Origin: Auanema rhodensis
Taxonomy: Eukaryota; Animalia; Nematoda
Assembly (NCBI GenBank): GCA_964057225.1
Contig: OZ059894.1
Span: forward strand, 21,328,001-21,392,000
Length of the DNA stretch: 64,000 nucleotides
Reading direction: 5' to 3'
Shown: one piece after another, positions 55,679 to 64,000 of the stretch
Position numbering within the stretch: position 1 is the first letter of the stretch
How the letters are laid out: each line of letters begins with the position of its first letter
Translations under genes and position numbers: made by a program
Notes under the pieces: model-generated
Told to the model about the DNA's origin: nothing
Database searches by the model: none
What the model saw: only the letters and a program-made list of their open reading frames with translations

Positions 55679-58600
55679 ATCGAGGATATATGTGTGAACT
55701 TATATCAGTTGATATCTCGGTGCATTTTTAAGCTAGCGCAAATCTGATAACACAGATCGACGCAGCTTAAAAATCCGCATCGAATGCACTATACTACATT
55801 GAGAAACGCTTAATACAAAAATTAGTTATGATCGTTTGAAAAATGATGCATTAGTGTATGTTGAGTTTCCATGTACACTCAACATTGCTTCCAAAAACAT
55901 TTTGACAAAAATTTTTTCGAAAAATTTCAAAATAATTTAGCAAAAAGTAGATGTTTTTAGATTCCATTTTTCAAGGCAAAGACGATAGACAATGTTATTC
56001 AACGAAAAAATTAATTCTTCAGGGTGAAAATCGAGGATATAAGTGTGAACTTGTATCAGTTGATATCTCGGTGCATTTTTAAGCTAGCGCAAATCTGATA
56101 ACACAGATCGACGCAGCTTAAAAATCCGCATCGAATGCACTATACTACATTGAGAAACGCTTAATACAAAAATTAGTTATGATCGTTTGAAAAATGATGC
56201 ATTAGTGTATGTTGAGTTTCCATGTACACTCAACATTGCTTCCAAAAACATTTTGACAAAAATTTTTTCGAAAAATTTCAAAATAATTTAGCAAAAAGTA
56301 GATGTTTTTAGATTCCATTTTTCAAGGCAAAGACGATAGACAATGTTATTCAACGAAAAAATTAATTCTTCAGGGTGAAAATCGAGGATATAAGTGTGAA
56401 CTTGTATCAGTTGATATCTCGGTGCATTTTTAAGCTAGCGCAAATCTGATAACACAGATCGACGCAGCTTAAAAATCCGCATCGAATGCACTATACTACA
56501 TTGAGAAACGCTTAATACAAAAATTAGTTATGATCGTTTGAAAAATGATGCATTAGTGTATGTTGAGTTTCCATGTACACTCAACATTGCTTCCAAAAAC
56601 ATTTTGACAAAAATTTTTTCGAAAAATTTCAGAATAATTTAGCAAAAAGTAGATGTTTTTAGATTCCTTTTTTCAAGGCAAAGACGATGGACAATGTTAT
56701 TCAACGAAAAAATTAATTCTTCAGGGTGAAAATCGAGGATATAAGTGTGAACTTATATCAGTTGATATCTCGGTGCATTTTTAAGCTAGCGCAAATCTGA
56801 TAACACAGATCGACGCAGCTTAAAAATCCGCATCGAATGCACTATACTACATTGAGAAACGCTTGATACAAAAATTAGTTATGATCGTTTGAAAAATGAT
56901 GCATTAGTGTATGTTGAGTTTCCATGTACACTCAACATTGCTTCCAAAAACATTTTGACAAAAATTTTTTCGAAAAATTTCAAAATAATTTAGCAAAAAG
57001 TAGATGTTTTTAGATTCCATTTTTCAAGGCAAGGACGATGGACAATGTTATTCAACGAAAAAAATAATTCTTCAGGGTGAAAATCGAGGATATAAGTGTG
57101 AACTTATATCAGTTGATATCTCGGTGCATTTTTAAGCTAGCGCAAATCTGATAACACAGATCGACGCAGCTTAAAAATCCGCATCGAATGCACTATACTA
57201 CATTGAGAAACGCTTAATACAAAAATTAGTTATGATCGTTTGAAAAATGATGCATTAGTGTATGTTGAGTTTCCATGTACACTCAACATTGCTTCCAAAA
57301 ACATTTTGACAAAAATTTTTTCGAAAAATTTCAAAATAATTTAGCAAAAAGTAGATGTTTTTAGATTCCATTTTTCAAGGCAAAGACGATAGACAATGTT
57401 ATTCAACGAAAAAATTAATTCTTCAGGGTGAAAATCGAGGATATAAGTGTGAACTTGTATCAGTTGATATCTCGGTGCATTTTTAAGCTAGCGCAAATCT
57501 GATAACACAGATCGACGCAGCTTAAAAATCCGCATCGAATGCACTATACTACATCGAGAAACGCTTAATACAAAAATTAGTTATGATCGTTTGAAAAATG
57601 ATGCATTAGTGTATGTTGAGTTTCCATGTACACTCAACATTGCTTCTAAAAACATTTTGACAAAAATTTTTTCGAAAAATTTCAAAATAATTTAGCAAAA
57701 AGTAGATGTTTTTAGATTCCATTTTTCAAGGCAAAGACGATAGACAACGTTATTCAACGAAAAAATTAATTCTTCAGGGTGAAAATCGAGGATATAAGTG
57801 TGAACTTGTATCAGTTGATATCTCGGTGCATTTTTAAGCTAGCGCAAATCTGATAACACAGATCGACGCAGCTTAAAAATCCGCATCGAATGCACTATAC
57901 TACATTGAGAAACGCTTAATACAAAAATTAGTTATGATCGTTTGAAAAATGATGCATTAGTGTATGTTGAGTTTCCATGTACACTCAACATTGCTTCCAA
58001 AAACATTTTGACGAAAATTTTTTCAAAAAATATCAGAATAATTTAGCAAAAAGTAGATGTTTTTAGATTCCTTTTTTCAAGGCAAAGACGATGAACAATG
58101 TTATTCAACGAAAAAATTAATTCTTCAGGGTGAAAATCGAGGATATAAGTGTGAACTTATATCAGTTGATATCTCGGTGCATTTTTAAGCTAGCGCAAAT
58201 CTGATAACACAGATCGACGCAGCTTAAAAATCCGCATCGAATGCACTATACTACATTGAGAAACGCTTGATACAAAAATTAGTTATGATCGTTTGAAAAA
58301 TGATGCATTAGTGTATGTTGAGTTTCCATGTACACTCAACATTGCTTCCAAAAACATTTTGACAAAAATTTTTTCGAAAAATTTCAAAATAATTTAGCAA
58401 AAAGTAGATGTTTTTAGATTTCATTTTTCAAGGCAAGGACGATGGACAATGTTATTCAACGAAAAAAATAATTCTTCAGGGTGAAAATCGAGGATATAAG
58501 TGTGAACTTATATCAGTTGATATCTCGGTGCATTTTTAAGCTAGCGCAAATCTGATAACACAGATCGACGCAGCTTAAAAATCCGCATCGAATGCACTAT

Positions 58601-61600
58601 ACTACATTGAGAAACGCTTAATACAAAAATTAGTTATGATCGTTTGAAAAATGATGCATTAGTGTATGTTGAGTTTCCATGTACACTCAACATTGCTTCC
58701 AAAAACATTTTGACAAAAATTTTTTCGAAAAATTTCAAAATAATTTAGCAAAAAGTAGATGTTTTTAGATTCCATTTTTCAAGGCAAAGACGATAGACAA
58801 TGTTATTCAACGAAAAAATTAATTCTTCAGGGTGAAAATCGAGGATATAAGTGTGAACTTGTATCAGTTGATATCTCGGTGCATTTTTAAGCTAGCGCAA
58901 ATCTGATAACACAGATCGACGCAGCTTAAAAATCCGCATCGAATGCACTATACTACATTGAGAAACGCTTAATACAAAAATTAGTTATGATCGTTTGAAA
59001 AATGATGCATTAGTGTATGTTGAGTTTCCATGTACACTCAACATTGCTTCCAAAAACATTTTGACAAAAATTTTTTCGAAACATTTCAAAATAATTTAGC
59101 AAAAAGTAGACGTTTTTAGATTTCATTTTTCAAGGCAAAGACGATAGACAACGTTATTCAACGAAAAAATTAATTCTTCAGGGTGAAAATCGAGGATATA
59201 AGTGTGAACTTGTATCAGTTGATATCTCGGTGCATTTTTAAGCTAGCGCAAATCTGATAACACAGATCGACGCAGCTTAAAAATCCGCATCGAATGCACT
59301 ATACTACATTGAGAAACGCTTAATACAAAAATTAGTTATGATCGTTTGAAAAATGATGCATTAGTGTATGTTGAGTTTCCATGTACACTCAACATTGCTT
59401 CCAAAAACATTTTGACAAAAATTTTTTCGAAAAATTTCAAAATAATTTAGCAAAAAGTAGATGTTTTTAGATTCCATTTTTCAAGGCAAGGACGATGGAC
59501 AATGTTATTCAACGAAAAAAATAATTCTTCAGGGTGAAAATCGAGGATATAAGTGTGAACTTATATCAGTTGATATCTCGGTGCATTTTTAAGCTAGCGC
59601 AAATCTGATAACACAGATCGACGCAGCTTAAAAATCCGCATCGAATGCACTATACTACATTGAGAAACGCTTAATACAAAAATTAGTTATGATCGTTTGA
59701 AAAATGATGCATTAGTGTATGTTGAGTTTCCATGTACACTCAACATTGCTTCCAAAAACATTTTGACAAAAATTTTTTCGAAAAATTTCAAAATAATTTA
59801 GCAAAAAGTAGATGTTTTTAGATTCCATTTTTCAAGGCAAAGACGATAGACAATGTTATTCAACGAAAAAATTAATTCTTCAGGGTGAAAATCGAGGATA
59901 TAAGTGTGAACTTGTATCAGTTGATATCTCGGTGCATTTTTAAGCTAGCGCAAATCTGATAACACAGATCGACGCAGCTTAAAAATCCGCATCGAATGCA
60001 CTATACTACATTGAGAAACGCTTAATACAAAAATTAGTTATGATCGTTTGAAAAATGATGCATTAGTGTATGTTGAGTTTCCATGTACACTCAACATTGC
60101 TTCCAAAAACATTTTGACAAAAATTTTTTCGAAAAATTTCAAAATAATTTAGCAAAAAGTAGATGTTTTTAGATTTCATTTTTCAAGGCAAAGACGATAG
60201 ACAACGTTATTCAACGAAAAAATTAATTCTTCAGGGTGAAAATCGAGGATATAAGTGTGAACTTGTATCAGTTGATATCTCGGTGCATTTTTAAGCTAGC
60301 GCAAATCTGATAACACAGATCGACGCAGCTTAAAAATCCGCATCGAATGCACTATACTACATTGAGAAACGCTTAATACAAAAATTAGTTATGATCGTTT
60401 GAAAAATGATGCATTAGTGTATGTTGAGTTTCCATGTACACTCAACATTGCTTCCAAAAACATTTTGACAAAAATTTTTTCGAAAAATTTCAAAATAATT
60501 TAGCAAAAAGTAGATGTTTTTAGATTCCATTTTTCAAGGCAAGGACGATGGACAATGTTATTCAACGAAAAAAATAATTCTTCAGGGTGAAAATCGAGGA
60601 TATAAGTGTGAACTTATATCAGTTGATATCTCGGTGCATTTTTAAGCTAGCGCAAATCTGATAACACAGATCGACGCAGCTTAAAAATCCGCATCGAATG
60701 CACTATACTACACTGAGAAACGCTTAATACAAAAATTAGTTATGATCGTTTGAAAAATGATGCATTAGTGTATGTTGAGTTTCCATGTACACTCAACATT
60801 GCTTCCAAAAACATTTTGACAAAAATTTTTTCGAAAAATTTCAAAATAATTTAGCAAAAAGTAGATGTTTTTAGATTCCATTTTTCAAGGCAAAGACGAT
60901 AGACAATGTTATTCAACGAAAAAATTAATTCTTAAGGGTGAAAATCGAGGATATAAGTGTGAACTTGTATCAGTTGATATCTCGGTGCATTTTTAAGCTA
61001 GCGCAAATCTGATAACACAGATCGACGCAGCTTAAAAATCCGCATCGAATGCACTATACTACATTGAGAAACGCTTAATACAAAAATTAGTTATGATCGT
61101 TTGAAAAATGATGCATTAGTGTATGTTGAGTTTCCATGTACACTCAACATTGCTTCCAAAAACATTTTGACAAAAATTTTTTCGAAAAATTTCAGAATAA
61201 TTTAGCAAAAAGTAGATGTTTTTAGATTCCTTTTTTCAAGGCAAAGACGATGGACAATGTTATTCAACGAAAAAATTAATTCTTCAGGGTGAAAATCGAG
61301 GATATAAGTGTGAACTTATATCAGTTGATATCTCGGTGCATTTTTAAGCTAGCGCAAATCTGATAACACAGATCGACGCAGCTTAAAAATCCGCATCGAA
61401 TGCACTATACTACATTGAGAAACGCTTGATACAAAAATTAGTTATGATCGTTTGAAAAATGATGCATTAGTGTATGTTGAGTTTCCATGTACACTCAACA
61501 TTGCTTCCAAAAACATTTTGACAAAAATTTTTTCGAAAAATTTCAAAATAATTTAGCAAAAAGTAGATGTTTTTAGATTCCATTTTTCAAGGCAAGGACG

Positions 61601-64000
61601 ATGGACAATGTTATTCAACGAAAAAAATAATTCTTCAGGGTGAAAATCGAGGATATAAGTGTGAACTTATATCAGTTGATATCTCGGTGCATTTTTAAGC
61701 TAGCGCAAATCTGATAACACAGATCGACGCAGCTTAAAAATCCGCATCGAATGCACTATACTACATTGAGAAACGCTTAATACAAAAATTAGTTATGATC
61801 GTTTGAAAAATGATGCATTAGTGTATGTTGAGTTTCCATGTACACTCAACATTGCTTCCAAAAACATTTTGACAAAAATTTTTTCGAAAAATTTCAAAAT
61901 AATTTAGCAAAAAGTAGATGTTTTTAGATTCCATTTTTCAAGGCAAAGACGATAGACAATGTTATTCAACGAAAAAATTAATTCTTCAGGGTGAAAATCG
62001 AGGATATAAGTGTGAACTTGTATCAGTTGATATCTCGGTGCATTTTTAAGCTAGCGCAAATCTGATAACACAGATCGACGCAGCTTAAAAATCCGCATCG
62101 AATGCACTATACTACATCGAGAAACGCTTAATACAAAAATTAGTTATGATCGTTTGAAAAATGATGCATTAGTGTATGTTGAGTTTCCATGTACACTCAA
62201 CATTGCTTCTAAAAACATTTTGACAAAAATTTTTTCGAAAAATTTCAAAATAATTTAGCAAAAAGTAGATGTTTTTAGATTCCATTTTTCAAGGCAAAGA
62301 CGATAGACAACGTTATTCAACGAAAAAATTAATTCTTCAGGGTGAAAATCGAGGATATAAGTGTGAACTTGTATCAGTTGATATCTCGGTGCATTTTTAA
62401 GCTAGCGCAAATCTGATAACACAGATCGACGCAGCTTAAAAATCCGCATCGAATGCACTATACTACATTGAGAAACGCTTAATACAAAAATTAGTTATGA
62501 TCGTTTGAAAAATGATGCATTAGTGTATGTTGAGTTTCCATGTACACTCAACATTGCTTCCAAAAACATTTTGACGAAAATTTTTTCAAAAAATATCAGA
62601 ATAATTTAGCAAAAAGTATATGTTTTTAGATTCCTTTTTTCAAGGCAAAGACGATGAACAATGTTATTCAACGAAAAAATTAATTCTTCAGGGTGAAAAT
62701 CGAGGATATAAGTGTGAACTTATATCAGTTGATATCTCGGTGCATTTTTAAGCTAGCGCAAATCTGATAACACAGATCGACGCAGCTTAAAAATCCGCAT
62801 CGAATGCACTATACTACATTGAGAAAAGCTTAATACAAAAATTAGTTATGATCGTTTGAAAAATGATGCATTAGTGTATGTTGAGTTTCCATGTACACTC
62901 AACATTGCTTCCAAAAACATTTTGACAAAAATTTTTTCGAAAAATTTCAAAATAATTTAGCAAAAAGTAGATGTTTTTAGATTCCATTTTTCAAGGCAAG
63001 GACGATGGACAATGTTATTCAACGAAAAAAATAATTCTTCAGGGTGAAAATCGAGGATATAAGTGTGAACTTATATCAGTTGATATCTCGGTGCATTTTT
63101 AAGCTAGCGCAAATCTGATAACACAGATCGACGCAGCTTAAAAATCCGCATCGAATGCACTATACTACATTGAGAAACGCTTAATACAAAAATTAGATAT
63201 GATCGTTTGAAAAATGATGCATTAGTGTATGTTGAGTTTCCATGTACACTCAACATTGCTTCCAAAAACATTTTGACAAAAATTTTTTCGAAAAATTTCA
63301 AAATAATTCAGCAAAAAGTAGATGTTTTTAGATTCCTTTTTTCAAGGCAAAGACGATGGACAATGTTATTCAACGAAAAAATTAATTCTTCAGGGTGAAA
63401 ATCGAGGATATAAGTGTGAACTTGTATCAGTTGATATCTCGGTGCATTTTTAAGCTAGCGCAAATCTGATAACACAGATCGACGCAGCTTAAAAATCCGC
63501 ATCGAATGCACAATACTACATTGAGAAACGTTTGATACAAAAATTAGTTATGATCGTTTGAAAAATGATGCATTAGTGTATGTTGAGTTTCCATGTACAC
63601 TCAACATTGCTTCCAAAAACATTTTGACAAAAATTTTTTCGAAAAATTTCAAAATAATTTAGCAAAAAGTAGATGTTTTTAGATTCCATTTTTCAAGGCA
63701 AGGACGATGGACAATGTTATTCAACGAAAAAAATAATTCTTCAGGGTGAAAATCGAGGATATAAGTGTGAACTTATATCAGTTGATATCTCGGTGCATTT
63801 TTAAGCTAGCGCAAATCTGATAACACAGATCGACGCAGCTTAAAAATCCGCATCGAATGCACTATACTACATTGAGAAACGCTTAATACAAAAATTAGTT
63901 ATGATCGTTTGAAAAATGATTCATTAGTGTATGTTGAGTTTCCATGTACACTCAACATTGCTTCCAAAAACATTTTGACAAAAATTTTTTCGAAAAATTT

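Larger units (their letters stand above)
1..64000. repeat. Tandem satellite DNA array, 351-bp monomer, 182 complete copies + 1 partial, all head-to-tail; runs off both window edges
   Basis: ATCGAGGATATAAGTGTG recurs at 1, 352, 703 ... 7021, 14041, 21061, 28081 (multiples of 351) ... 63401, 63752. Length variants are only 350, 352 and 326 bp. No inserted foreign sequence or inversion seen. Confidence 0.99.
42343..64000. repeat. Array sub-domain D (monomers 122-183)
   Basis: ACAACGTT allele (T315C), frequent CAAGGAC + AAAAAAATA haplotype, frequent G24, mostly ATTGAG/CTTAAT. Confidence 0.7.

Noticed and set aside
63104-63398. Overlapping 65-aa (-) and 63-aa (+) ORFs
   Set aside because: Each depends on a private substitution in one monomer (T>A at 63197; TAG>CAG at 63309). 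These are chance stop losses in satellite sequence.
1-64000. CRISPR array or rDNA/5S/tRNA/snRNA tandem gene cluster
   Set aside because: There are no unique spacers because whole units are near-identical. I recognise no rRNA, tRNA, 5S, snRNA or spliced-leader motifs.

Overview
The whole window is one uninterrupted head-to-tail satellite DNA array. It holds 182 complete monomers plus a 249-bp partial copy of a 351-bp unit (monomer 1 = 1-351; about 32% GC by hand count), all in the same orientation and differing by only a few substitutions each. I find no credible genes, RNA genes, transposon insertions or CRISPR arrays; the four ORFs are accidents of single indels or substitutions. The interesting structure is internal. 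(i) The monomer is almost entirely covered by nested inverted repeats, including a 9-bp stem closed by a GTGA (GNRA-type) tetraloop. (ii) Many recurrent variants among the copies keep pairing as G-T wobble or fully compensatory changes on the + strand, which hints at a structured satellite RNA or ssDNA/cruciform. Counter-examples exist, so this is an untested hypothesis. (iii) The array is layered into about four variant domains, with local 2-, 4-, 5-, 6-, 7- and 10-monomer tandem duplications and some dispersed copied blocks. (iv) Five 326-bp monomers carry a 25-bp deletion whose microhomology-creating precursor allele is still visible in the array. 'Monomer position' means coordinates within 1-351. 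All variant tallies were made by eye and need confirmation by alignment. The host organism and centromeric status cannot be determined from this window.
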